A DNA stretch of 47,384 nt from Catajapyx aquilonaris (taxonomy: Eukaryota): the NCBI GenBank assembly GCA_000934665.2, contig JYFJ02003022.1:1-47384 (forward strand). Direction: 5' to 3'. The notes beneath the pieces were generated by a model. That model did no database searches. It was not told the DNA's origin and was given only the letters and a program-made list of their open reading frames with translations. Shown one piece after another: positions 25,000 through 37,338 of the stretch. The position numbers were made by a program, and so were the translations under genes. Position 1 is the stretch's first letter. Each line of letters starts with the position of its first letter.

Positions 25000-27900
25000 G
25001 ATCCATTATGTCATATTTTACTAATGCAGTGTAACTGCAATATAATATTTTAATTATAATTCTAATATTCTAATAGATACATTCAATTACTAATATTCTA
25101 ATTGTCTGTTAATTACAATATATTATGCTGTACAGTTCGATACAGAAATAAAGGAGGCACTGGAATCGGTATTTTACCTTATCCCATTCAATGTCTAGTG
25201 ATGTAAAAAAAGTTTTTACATGATAAGACCCAGTTGTCGCTTTGTGATGCATGAGTTTGGGAGGATTTCTTTGAGTAATCATAAGCTAGTTTGGCTCAAT
25301 TTGTTAGTGGGGAAATTCTAATTTAAATATGGATTTAACGGTAAGGCGTAGCAGATGGATTGTTAAGGGCAGAGCTCACCAGTTTTTAAGCACACAAAGC
25401 AGGAGGCAGTGGATTTTGGGAGTCTCAAGAATTTGTTCAAAAATATAGCAGTCTTATATAATAGCAGAGATTTATTTGACCTTTTATTGGGCATTTTACT
25501 AAATACTGTTATGTGAATCAGTATAGTCATAATTTCTTAACCGTAATTGGAAAGCATAACGTGGAGTTTCTGCAATTACAATATTTTTGCGCGGGTATTC
25601 CGTGCTGTATACACTTGCTTTGTTACTGGTTTTGTACTGACGCAATATTAATTGGTAACATGCACATTAACGGAAGGCCAAATTAATTAACTAACACCCT
25701 CTTCTCACATTAATGAGAAAACAGTCAGAAAACAACTTTTTTGACGTGGTGGTTTGACGCGGGTTTTGAGAGATATAAAAGGTTGTAAATTATTATATAA
25801 GAACGCTTCATTTGAGAAAAATGAGACAGTCAAAAAAGGTTATTACCATCTACAATATTTTCTACTTCGCTTCACTCTTTCTTTGTGCAACATGACTTGT
25901 CATATTCGTCACCAAGCAGAGATACAGCAAATTACAGCCCAGCCTATCTTGTGTATGAACTATTAAGTGAAGTCACTGTCATTAGTTGTAAGTGTCCACG
26001 AGGTTCGTTACTTATTAAATGTTCCTGAATATTTTAAACTGATATTGTTATTAAACGAGGCAGGATTGTACAAATGATGTGGAAAACTAGGTTGAGAAAT
26101 AAGAGTGTGTCATAAATCTTATTTCTTGCGTTTTTGATTCATGCCACGTACTAGTACTACCACGCCTCTCGTGCGGTAATAAGATAGCATGCTCTTCAGT
26201 GAAAACTACGCAATTTAATTAGCGTTAAATTTTCATTTTTTCAAAATTGGTTGTCTAGTCTCAAGGTATTCCAGACGCAAGCAGACTCAAGAGCACGCAA
26301 CCATCATTGCACACATGAGTATCCTGAGACTAGGCAACCAACATTGAATTTTTTTCATTCATTTAGAATGCAATGCAAATTATGCAATTTTACTATAATC
26401 ACGTGCCATTCTTACTTATAATAAAATATAAAAATATTTCCTTGCACTCTCAAAATTGTGGAAGGTCGAACTTTGCATTTGCAAAATCTCTGCTTTCAGA
26501 TTTGGACAACGCAATATGTACAGTACACAAATATTATTATCACTTCACAGTAACATGAACCTTTGGATGCTTTGTTAGATGGTGCCACCAGGTGCCACTG
26601 CAACTGATGGACATTAGGATGCAAGTCGAAAACAAAGGACTGCACACCTTCCCATAACAATGCCCCGTTAAACCTTAGAGTGGAAGTTCTCATAAACACA
26701 ACACCGGCACCATATGATCCGACAATAAAAATATAATTATTTCTTGTTACTTCATATGAGCAAATTATACTTGGGAGTAACTCTAGGCTACTTATTTCAT
26801 AGTGTGACCAAGTGCAACTATTCGTTAGTCTGGACAGTGGCACCATGTGACCATAGTCGACCATTAGCACAATTTTTGTTCTCAGTAGGCGTCACCGAAC
26901 CGCGTATTAAATTAAGCGGCTCCCCACATAAACCGCCGATATGCCCAACCAAATTACCACAAACCGAAATCAAAAACCACCTGGAAAAAAAAGAGGAGCG
27001 GACGCGCCTCCTTACCCATCTCGAGCCCTACTTCTCTGGTTTCCAAGCCCGTTTCATGTCAGCAAGTACCAACGGGGGTAAGCTCCTCCTTCTATAACAT
27101 CATCTCCTTAGTACTGTATGTTCCATGTCAAGTACCACCGAGCAACGGTTTCAAGCATGAACCATTGCTGTTTATATCATTCGGACTCGGAGCTAAGAAC
27201 CGCACTGGGCTAATCTAGACTCACTCACTCACTTCCTGTCTTATATGGACACACATTTTCTGGGTCGTGGGTAATGCTTGGTTGAATTTGGGCTTAGCAT
27301 GGGGTTTGACACGTCAATAATTTGTTAGGGATGTATATGCGGATACAATTGTACCGCTAAGGCTCATTACTCATTAGGTACCGCAAACCACATTGGATGC
27401 AAGAGAAGACAAAAAAATATTTCGATGATTTTTTGCCCAGCACAAAGTATAATTTTGGCTATATAAATATTTTGAAATTATTATTTAAACAATTGACCAC
27501 TTCAACGTGACTTAGCCCCAGGCCTTCAAATGGTGTATAAAATAAATAAATTCATTCAGTCAATTCAACAAGTGACACGACACATTCCAATGAAAATAAC
27601 ATTTTTAAAGCGAAAATTCAAAAAAAGTAAACATACAAAAAAAAAACATGGGCAACGGCAAACTTTCTTCCCTGGTGACCTGGAGGCCCACAATGCGAAA
27701 CCATCTTTTGCACTATACAGCAAGCCAGCTCGCTGAATAGCTGAAAGCATTTCGCACTACCGCTCATCTGGTGTCTGACCGCAAGGTCACGGGCAGCCCA
27801 TAAGGACGAGGGAGCCTCTCCTGAAGGAAGAAAAAAGGAACGGGATCTTTCCCCCCCTTTCTGGAGGAGGCTGGCCAACTGGGGGACCACCTTCCAGATG

Positions 27901-29524
27901 ATGATGGCCAGTTCTTTTTAGGCTCGCATCATGGACACCACCGGACATTGGCTTGCTGGACACTAGGGTGAGTCGCCTTTCACATTACGCTGAAGGTTAT
28001 TGCTTGACCTCATTTTTTGGGGACCCTTGTAATATTCTTGATTAGGAGGCTTGTTCGGGTGATTTATCGTGTGAACTACTGTGTGTGAGTGTCCAATTAG
28101 CGTGGTTGGTCGTGAAAACTGAAACTGTTCAAGTCGAATGATGAATGAATCGAAGGGGATAAGTCATAAAAAGACAGTCAATTAAGGCCAGCTGTAGTAT
28201 TTTTTGCGCGGTTATGTTGTGAGAAAATTCTGAGTGTACACCGTTTATACCATGAAGATTGCATTTAAATGTGAAATGTGGCGATGTCCCCAAATTTGAC
28301 TGGAAACGAAAGTAGTTACATTGTTGTAATATTAGCTCACAAATAATATTTGGATATGTCAGAATGTAGCGGCTTATTTTTCATACAGTATTTTTGAAAA
28401 CTGGTATGCTGATAATACTCAGTCGTAGTAACCAAAACAGTCATGGGATAATAACTGTAAAATGTAACGTATTAATAGACATTTATTGCTATTTAAAAAT
28501 GGAAAGAACGGTCGAACCGGTTGTTGCGGTATTTTCATTCTTATTTTAATAATTTTGGCCTGTAAGTTATATAAGTCCAGTTGCATCATACGATTCATTA
28601 GAAGTTTCATTACTGAAATCTTATTACTCTGGAGACAAGCTTTGTACTTGACGTAATAATTGGCGACAATAATCTAAGTCATACAATGACACAAGAGAAA
28701 AGGGACAAAACCCTCTATTCGTCACGCCCAGTGATATCATACAAATTAACAGCTTTATTTATTAGACATAACTAGCAGCTACAAACCATGAGGTATTCCA
28801 GATCCGTTCGCCAACTGCACTGCATGTGAAGTGTGACCATCGCAATTACATTAAAAACTATCCCAAAAAAACCGGTCATGTCGTAATCTAATAATTAATG
28901 ATATCATGTTTCCTCTCATGATAAATCGCTTAATTGCGCCACATACATTGTACTGCATAACAACGGCACATTTATTAGGTTACTCAACTCAACGTGCAGC
29001 CACGAAGTACATCTTGATACTTCAATTTATAAAAAAAACAGTCATTACATAATCAGAACAACCGGGTAATTGCCCCCTCCGTACCGCAATAAATTACCAG
29101 AAAACGAAGGCCATCTGAGCCATTTAATTCCACAAACCCATCTCTTATCTGCACGCTCCAAAGGATGTGGTACAGATGAAGAAAGGGATGAGGATAGACT
29201 ACACATAGTCAGTGCGTGCTTTAAGAGGTCGTAACGGTGCATGCCATATTGACACTGGTAAGAAGAAGAAGAAGAAGCAACAGCATCCTTGACAGCTTCT
29301 GTTTGTCTTGACTTGCTACGACCCACTTACCTCTTCCTCGACAGATAAACAAGTCACATTGCAGTCCCTTGGTCTTGCAAACCAGTACTGCAGTTTTGTG
29401 GGTGCTCAACTACTGGATGGGACACTTACATCTTGATCGTTACAGGTTTTATGGGCTGCTCTGCTGGAGAGATCTGCACATAAAAAAAGAGAGGAAGGTG
29501 AATGGTGAATGTGACGTTATTAGG

Positions 29525-32500
29525 ATGGAGAAGGTAAGGTTGGTTGCATGCTGTTCAGGATCAACACTTTGCACTTTCATACGAGAACGAAGTTGAAGAG
29601 TACGGAATATTTTGAATTTGATACTAATAATGTGGGGCATTTTAAGTCAACCAGTTGCCTTGATAATAGTGGATAAATTAGCTTGAGTAATATTGTAAAT
29701 GCAAACCTGCATTTTGCTGGATTCCATGTCATGCGAAAACTTGTATTAATATTAATTTTGTTCCTTTCCCCAATTTATTCATTAGTTTTAATTATTCATT
29801 TTACTTTTAGATTTGAAGGGTAGACTGTGTGTCAGTAGTATTCCAGAGCAAGTTGTTGATCCTTGTTACGTATTGTTGGTGACAATAATATTATTCGAAT
29901 CAATCAGTAACATAGATCAAGCACTTGCCGTGGATTTACTACCGCTCTTATTAATTAATTGATTAATTTTACTTCCTTAAATAATGTACTGTACATTGTT
30001 TTCTTCTTTTTTCATTACTTACATTTCATTTGAATTTATTAATTGCCAGGTTTGGTTTTATAAACCAAGGGTGGAATTTACTGCTAACTTAGCAGTAACT
30101 AGCAGTGGGAAGAAAATTACTCCCCAAGATTTTATTGCAATTGGCAACTATACGTGCATTCGGATAATTATTTTGTCAATTACTGAAACATGCATGTTGT
30201 CAGAATATGCGCTTTAAAAGAGTCTAAACGTGTCATACACACTTCTTTAGTTATTAGGTTGTGAAGACAACTTTCACTCTCAAGTGTTTGTTACTTACAC
30301 ATGGTGGCATGTAACATATCTAACAGTTTATATAGTCTGAACCAGTGAAAACACATTTTTTGACGTGAGCTCTGCATTTCAGGTAAACCGTGTTGTGTTC
30401 GTTGCCTGGGCTCTCTTGGTGATGGCAAGATGCGCGTGTGCGACGGACAATTCCACCGACAAAGACAGAATGTTGGACCCAACCCAAAAGATGGAGCAGG
30501 AACTATCTGAAGAATTTGTGAACCTTCTCTGGCACAAAATGACCCTCCTTCTACCCGGAAATATCACCGAAGACATAGAGGAAGCCACATCTCGCAGTTC
30601 AGACGATGACGTTCCCAGAACAAGGCTGGGCGACATCGACGTCTCCACACCCAGAACAGAACCAGAAGAAACAGCACCCCAAGCCTTACCCTTGATAGGA
30701 AATCCAGAGCTGAGGAGCATCCCAGTGTTGGAAGACCTCAAGATCCGTCTGAGCAAAGTGACCAGCTTAGGCCAGCTGAAGGATGTCATGACCCAGGCTG
30801 GCATGAACCTCACACTTCTTCAGGAGCAACTTCAAAAAAGAAGGTCACCTCATCTTCTCAGCAGCCTCAGCAGCCTACTGCCCAATTTGGGAAGCGTGGA
30901 CAAGCTGAAGGAGATGCTGTTTCCTGACAAAAGTCCGCATGTAAGTCACATTTAAACATGTGTCGTGATCTGGTGTTGATGGTTTGTTATCTTTGCAGCC
31001 TCCTATTGTGTTTCCACCTCCCAGACGAGGTCATGTTCATGATGTTCCGTTGCGGCCTCATCCTCACGCGCCTCATGGTCCTCACGGTCCTCAGCACGGT
31101 CCTAATGGTCCTCAGCACGGTCCTAATGGTCCTCAGCACGGTCCTAATGGTCCTCAGCACGGGGCACACGGTCCTCACAATGGTCATCAAGGACCTCAGG
31201 GTAATGTTTCAATATTTTTGATTAAAAGCCTTTGCTGACTAAGAGAGTGAAGCAATCGGTTTTCTTTCGCGAGGATTTTTCAAGTAATATTAATTTTCGT
31301 CTCAGGCAATCTCCAGAGACTTCCGCTTCCACCAGCACCCATACCACCAATTCCTCCGCTTCAACCAGCTGACCAGTCAATCCAACCGAGCCAGCCGATG
31401 TCAGCTCAAGGTGGGTTTGTGCCAATTGATGCACCGTCTTCAACTCCTATAATGGACAAAGTAGGGTTCCTGGTGCCACCGAGGCCTCTGGGACCACATC
31501 TTCCCATACCCAAGTTGAGGAGACCAGCCTTGATTGGTGTTCCTCTTCAACCTCCGCCTGCCATACCAGCTGGACCACCACCAATGCAGCATCCCAAAAA
31601 CGCCAGCAGGAGACAAGATTGCGACTATTTCACACGTGATATTTGCCTGGATGTTATCGACTATCCTGCGTAAGTCTCCATTTTTTTCGAAAATCCAAGT
31701 GACGTCAACAACTTACAATTTCCCAATTCAGCGACATGATAACCAAAGCAACACAAGAAGGTAGAGGTCATGCCATGCTGCCCAGTCTCCTAGCAGAGGT
31801 TCAGAAGCAGGATGCGGATATGCTGGTGGATGGTGTCAGTGCTGCTCAGGAGGCCAAGTACACCTACAGGCATTACTACGGACCTAGTGCTGGAGACATG
31901 TCAATTTCAAAGAGGCAAGGGAGCGACCAGAACAACCATCGTCATCGCGACTTTGCCAACGACGGAGGATACGTGTGTCCGTCTGAGGTCAGGTACTCCA
32001 GACCCAAGAGGGCAAGGGCAGCCTCTAGCCTCTGGAAGTATATAGTCAACACTAAGGATTACACCCAGACACTGAGGCTGGAAAAATGTTTGTAAGTATA
32101 TGAAATGCAGTTCGCACTATATTGGTTGTTGATTAACCGTTTTATTCTCTGTTTTGTCAGAAAACCTGGTGACAGCTGTAGTTATGTGACCCCACACTAC
32201 AGGTCACAGTGCTCCCAAGTTTATAACTACCATCGTCTATTAGCGTGGGATCAAGAACGAGGATTGCATATGGAAGTATTTAAGGTCAGCATATTGGTCT
32301 AATTGTCCAAATAATTAGAATTAAAGATGAATTTTGTACGAGTGCAACCCAGTGCGCACTCACACTCGCGCAGCTCCATTAGAGCAAAAAAAAAAAAAAT
32401 CACACTCGTAGACTCTGACGTTCGTTTCAGAGCCTTGGCAACGTCGCAAATGTTTCCAAAGCGTAACGTTGGAAATAGGTGCAGCGCAGCATACCCCATA

Positions 32501-33696
32501 TTCAGAGAGCTTTTCAAATATCGTTGATAATACCAACCGTGCACGCTGCGCGCACTGTGGTGCGCACTCGGTTGCGTTTGTAAAAAAAAACTTCTCTAGA
32601 ACTGCCTTGTCAATTTCCAGATACCGACATGCTGTTCGTGCCACATCGAAGGTTACACGAAGAACGCGCACCCTCTGGTACGAAGAACCCACGCCCCTCA
32701 AACACCTCGACGACCACCAACCGCCAACAGGAAGAACGACCCTCCGCAGATGACCATCAGAGACTCGCATCCTCAACCATCTCATCCCCAGGTGACCAGA
32801 GACGCTCATCCACAACCAGTCAACCCCCAACCCAACTCTAGGCGACCTTTACCCCCAAGAAGACCACTGCCAGCACCCAATCTGACTGCCCCTCCGATGA
32901 CCCAGGTCAACAAGAGACCTCCGCAGCACCCTCCACTTCCTCCTCCAGCTCCACCAATCAGAGTAGAAGAAGACGTTCGGTACCAAATCCGCAGGTATGT
33001 CACCTTCTTATAGTTCATATGGATGCCCTTGACGTTTTTGTAACCTGAAAGAACAGTATGTGAGAGTTCAAAATTCTACGTGAAGACCATTGCTATTCCA
33101 TTCAGTTCTTGCCATCAATTTGAACAGAAAAAGTGAGTGGGTTCAGATGTTTGCAAACCACCACTTGCACTATGGACGTGCTTCGAATATATTATGTCAT
33201 GTACTAAATACCATACGCCACACCCCGAGGGACATGCCAGATCATTATGCATTTTTTTTCTTAAACGCCGCATGTTTAATTTATTGTAAGAACAACTTTC
33301 AATTAGACTGTTATTGGACACACATTCGTGCAGTTATGCAAATGATGCCGGTAGCAAGTACCTAATCATTTCAGGTAATGATATACGATTACACAGAAGT
33401 CGGCTCAAAAAATTACAGTAATGATATATTACTATGTTTACATTACCAATGTAATGACACGTTTTTGCACCCATATTATTTCAGTACATATACCAAGGTG
33501 GCAATGTTTCATATTTTTAATGAAGTGTTTTCAAACCCCCTGTTGCTTTCACAGGAACCAAACATTGGTCACGGCTGACCCAGCCAAGGTCATCAATGAA
33601 ATAATAGCGGCCAAAAAGAAGCAGCAGCAACAGAGAGTAAATTACACGTACCATCCAATCATCGCATACTTTCTACACAACAGCATAGAAGAATAG
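29525..33696 (+). CDS. NT1: Neurotrophin 1 / Spaetzle-2, secreted cystine-knot ligand, about 710 aa
   Basis: Exons 29525-29533 (ATG GAG AAG|gtaagg), 30383-30940, 30999-31200, 31306-31669, 31732-32091, 32161-32284, 32621-32994, 33555-33696; all GT-AG, phases consistent, 2133 nt. Signal peptide MEKVNRVVFVAWALLVMARCACA, pro-domain C..DICLDVIDYP, KR cleavage site, cystine knot CPSEVRYSRPKRAR...WKYIVNT..YTQTLRLEKC...CSQVYNYHRLLAWD...IPTCCSCHIEGY, and the NT1-type C-terminal motif RVNYTYHPIIAYF. Confidence 0.92.
31075..31180 (+). repeat. Coding 21-nt tandem repeat (HGPNGPQ)n in the NT1 pro-domain
   Basis: cacggtcctaatggtcctcag repeated three times plus degenerate flanking copies. Confidence 0.85.
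32339..32580. mobile_element. mariner-like MITE in NT1 intron 6
   Basis: TA|cgagtgcaacccagtgcgcactcacactcgcgcagc ... gctgcgcgcactgtggtgcgcactcggttgcgtttg|TA, imperfect inverted arms of about 36 bp. Confidence 0.6.
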
Positions 33697-34779
33697 AATA
33701 TTTGGACAGGAAACAGTAAGTCAAATTAGCCAGTGGGTGCCAAACATTTGTATACAGGAAGACCTTTACTTGCAAGTTTTTATGACCAAGAGAAAAGTTA
33801 ATAGTCCTTCAAGGCCAGGAGGAGTAACTGTAACTGTAATTTCTTGTGTAAGTTCTTGGAAATCAGAATTTCTTTTTCTCAGGGCAAAAGAGGTTTGCAT
33901 GAATGTAAAAACAGAAATATGTGCCAATATGACTTTCTCTAATGGCGAATTATTGCGTGTGTATAAAAAAATCAAGGTGCGGACTCTTGATGTCGCTTCG
34001 TTCTAGATTCGAGCTTAGGTGAAACTTGAAAATCGTCCAAGCGAATATGCGTCTTCCTTCTCGTTTTCACATAAAAAAACATACGTGCAAAAATTCTTAA
34101 CTGTTTGTAGGCACGCGCCCATTGCTGCTCCGAAAGCCATTATGACATAGGGAAATGACCTAATGCTTACGCGATCTTCTTTTACTATTAAAAACATGGG
34201 AGGCGATAAATGTGCGAAATTACGGAATGGGCGTATCAGCTTTAAAAAAAACTGTAATTACCGGTACTTATTGCGTGACTACAGAATGCGTAATGAATTA
34301 GTTATTAGCATATTGCTAGAGGGCTGTACTAAGGATTGGGTACTGGTACATTCAAAAAATTTCTAAATTAATTTAATTAACTAATGAATAGTACAGTAAC
34401 AAGTGTTTTTGACCCACTGTTTTTTTTACAAATTTATTTTGAACAATTGAAGAAGTGTCCTACATATAGGACGCTAGGCATATCTGGATTAAGTGTTTTC
34501 CGTACCTGCAATAGGACTATCATTGTTGTCTTTCGGATTCCAGATACTCGCATCGAGGTCAGTAGGAACAATCAAGCGTGAAGAGAAAAAAGGAGACGTC
34601 GGCGAAAACCGATCCCAAAAATTTTTTTATAGAAGAAACTGGGTTAAGGAAAAGGGTGTATCTGGCAAAAAAAGGCAGAAGAAAAGACAGCACAATGTGA
34701 GTGTGAAACCAAGAGAAGGTTCCGGGACATTTAAAGCCATTTGATACGAAGAGAGACTCGTCACTTCGTGGATACAATC

Positions 34780-35694
34780 ATGTCCTGGAAGTTTTGTCTT
34801 GTATTGTGCTTCGGTTGTAGTGGACTTTTGGTGTCAACCTCGCCCATCATGAGTGGACAGGTCAGCCAGGATGAGTATTTTGTGCCTACGAAATTGTTTG
34901 TGGAAGTACGGCATAGACATACCGAGCAGGTGCTTCCCAGGCTGAATCCAGATGACCCTGTGTCCAATGAGGATGCCCTTTCGGATGAAGAAGCCAGTGA
35001 TGAAGACGCGAAAGAAGAAAAGGAAAACCGGGCCAGACTCAGGAAGGTCATTGCTGAGAAGAAGAAAAATGAGGTCTACACGGAGGAAGGTTTCTCCGAC
35101 TCTGGTTACGACCACCAAGGCCACGAGGAGCAGGGTTCATCAGAAGCCTCATACGCCAACGTCCAGAAAGGTCATCAAGACAACCAGCTATCCGAAAGTG
35201 CGTACAGGACAGTAGGCAACAAATATCCTTACTATGACTCAGAACTAACCTTACCATCAACCTCCGCACTCCGGTACGCCAATGGGAAATCACCGAATAA
35301 GACCGAAGGTACGTACCCGTTCTGGGAGTCTCTAGAGAGGTCACGCGATTGCCCACCGATGACCCCTGTCGACATGAAGCGGATCCTGGATGAGAAGAAC
35401 TTACCTCGAGTACCGAGGTTGAGACGACTTGGAGATAGGATAGACTGTATGAAACGGAAGTACTTTGGTCGAAATCCTCTGGACAACCCATTGTTTAAAA
35501 CCGAGTTTTTCAACGGAATCAACGGAACGGACGGAGACGCTTTCGGTTATGGTCAATCAGTGATGGAAAACATTGACAACCTGTCCAAGGAACGGAAGGT
35601 TCGGGTCTCATCGGAGCGTGACCAGACCACCGAACAAGTTTCATCTGAAAGTGAAAGTAGTGACCAGTCCGAAGCAGGGTCGGGTGAAACTTAA
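34780..35694 (+). CDS. Secreted uncharacterised protein, 304 aa, single exon
   Basis: ATG 34780 with signal-like MSWKFCLVLCFGCSGLLVSTSP; GC-richer coding-like composition; motifs EEGFSDSGYDHQG, KYPYY..SALRYA, RLRRLGDRIDCMKRKYFGRNPLDNPLF resemble, from memory, a conserved block in uncharacterised insect proteins. Confidence 0.8.
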   Translation: MSWKFCLVLCFGCSGLLVSTSPIMSGQVSQDEYFVPTKLFVEVRHRHTEQVLPRLNPDDPVSNEDALSDEEASDEDAKEEKENRARLRKVIAEKKKNEVYTEEGFSDSGYDHQGHEEQGSSEASYANVQKGHQDNQLSESAYRTVGNKYPYYDSELTLPSTSALRYANGKSPNKTEGTYPFWESLERSRDCPPMTPVDMKRILDEKNLPRVPRLRRLGDRIDCMKRKYFGRNPLDNPLFKTEFFNGINGTDGDAFGYGQSVMENIDNLSKERKVRVSSERDQTTEQVSSESESSDQSEAGSGET

Positions 35695-35860
35695 TGCCCT
35701 GGGCACCCCCCCCCCCCCAATGATTGCATAACAATTGCGTAAACTTCCCACAGAAACTTTATTGGCTGGAAGTGCATAAGCCATTTTTTGTGACGTGCGT
35801 TTGATAAGCTGGTAGTGTAATAGAAGTCCCATATTCGATTTGATTGTCTTTGTATTGAGC

Positions 35861-37284
35861 TTAACCCCACGGGTTCCATCCGATGCTCCAGCCGCTTCCG
35901 CCTCCTCCGCCGCCTCCCTTCCAGCCGCCGCCTCCGCCGCCTCCTTTCCAGCCGCCACCCCCTCCGCCTCCACTCCATGGATTCCAGCCGCCACCGCCTC
36001 CGCCTCCCTTCCATCCGCCACCGCCTCCGCCTCCCTTCCATCCGCCACCGCCTCCGCCTCCTTTCCAGCCGCCTCCACCACCACCGCCGCCTCCCTTCCA
36101 TGGACTCCAGCCGCCGCCTCCTCCGCCTCCCTTCCATCCGCCACCACCTCCGCCTCCCCTCCAGCCTCCTCCGCCGCCGCCTCCTTTCCAGCCACCGCCT
36201 CCGCCTCCGCCCTTTCTCCAACCGCCTCCACCGCCTCCCTTTCTCCAGCCACCTCCTCCTCCTCCGCCTCCTTTCCAGCCTCCGCCTCCACCGCCTCTCC
36301 AGCCTCCGCCGCCACCACGCCAACCTGCAATCAATGGATTATATTTAATTAGATAAATGTTCAGCAGCTATGAAATTAAACAATGAAGGACCGAATGGGA
36401 GACCGAATGTGGCAGGGGTAGGGTCACGCTGTACCAACCTACCCTACCTTGCGGATACAAGCCTACCCTTCAGCGGATACACGCCTATCCTTCAGCAGAT
36501 ACAACCCTAGGAGCGAAAGCCTAGCATTACTAATATCAAGTTTAGTGTTGGCTGCTAAATTTAACAATAGCCGTTAATTTATGTTAGCAAGTACGACGAA
36601 TTAGCAGCTATTCCATCATTAACAGGAATTTTTGGCCAATTTGAAGAAATGGGAACGAGCTATGCATTTTTGAATATTTGTCCAATGCGGCCATTGCATT
36701 GCAGCAGGGATAGTGTGTAAAAATAACTTGCAGATAGTGTCAAGATAGTTTCTCACTGCCTGTTGCATGGAACCATCAGCAAATAATGCACATTGTTCAT
36801 TGTGCGTTCATCATGTAAGGTAAGTTTTCTGATACGGATGGGAAACATCGCACCATGCAAGGTAAGCCATGACATTTAATTACGAATTCTTAATTACGAA
36901 TTACGAATTTTCAGCAATCTTATCCTGTCTCTAAAAAACCTCCCTGACACTTTCCCCCAATTGCCAATTGCCAGCTTAACTAATCATTAACTGCAGTTTA
37001 ACTATGGTTAATGGTAGTTAATGCTGACACTATCCACAGTTCAAGAGTGGCAATCCCAGCAACCAGCAATCGGTCATTCTTGAACTGTGGCCACCAATGC
37101 GACACTGTCAATGACTTACGTCCTTCCGCAACTTCTAAGTCATCTTCCTCCTCCCCAGCGTACACTACCGCCAGCAGCACCGCCAAGGCAATGGCCAACA
37201 GCAGCTGCAAGAACACAACAATAGAAAACCCCCACGCTCTATGATCCAGCCCCTTTAGTTACTCACATGCTTCCAGTGCGCCAT
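35861..37284 (-). CDS. Secreted glycine-rich W(K/R)Gn-repeat protein, 188 aa (cuticular or antimicrobial-like)
   Basis: Exons 37284-37267 (MAHWKH|gtgagt), 37204-37120 (LLLAIALAVLLAVVYAGEEEDDLEVAEG, phase 1, gtaagt), 36324-35861 (RWRGGGGGWRGG...SGWSIGWNPWG*); 567 nt in frame; minus-strand AATAAA at 35763-35758. Confidence 0.88.
36440..36510. repeat. 22-bp minisatellite, about 3 copies, in intron 2 of the glycine-rich gene
   Basis: Variants of cctacccttcagcggatacaag in tandem. Confidence 0.75.
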
Positions 37285-37301
37285 GGTGGAAGCACTACAA
37301 G

Positions 37302-37338
37302 AACTGCTTGGAGCTCCAGAAGGACCTGGACTTATATA
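37302..37338 (-). promoter_or_regulatory. TATA box and initiator of the glycine-rich gene
   Basis: Minus-strand TATATAAG at 37338-37331 and GCAGTT Inr near 37305, about 20 nt before the ATG in CCACCATGG Kozak context. Confidence 0.65.

Noticed and set aside
24283..25152. Selenocysteine reading of the in-frame TGA
   Set aside because: The paralog has Asn, not Cys, at this position, and the short AT-rich 3' UTR shows no AUGA/GA SECIS core by eye.
26744..27097. KLYLGVTLG motif suggestive of a LINE reverse transcriptase
   Set aside because: Isolated short match with no upstream YADD or other RT motifs recognisable.
35641..36356. Alternative ORFs over the Gly-rich exon (poly-Pro, Ala/Glu, Arg-rich, Ala/Ser)
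   Set aside because: Shadow frames of a stop-free repeat; only the Gly frame splices in phase to a signal-peptide exon with TATA and poly(A) signal.
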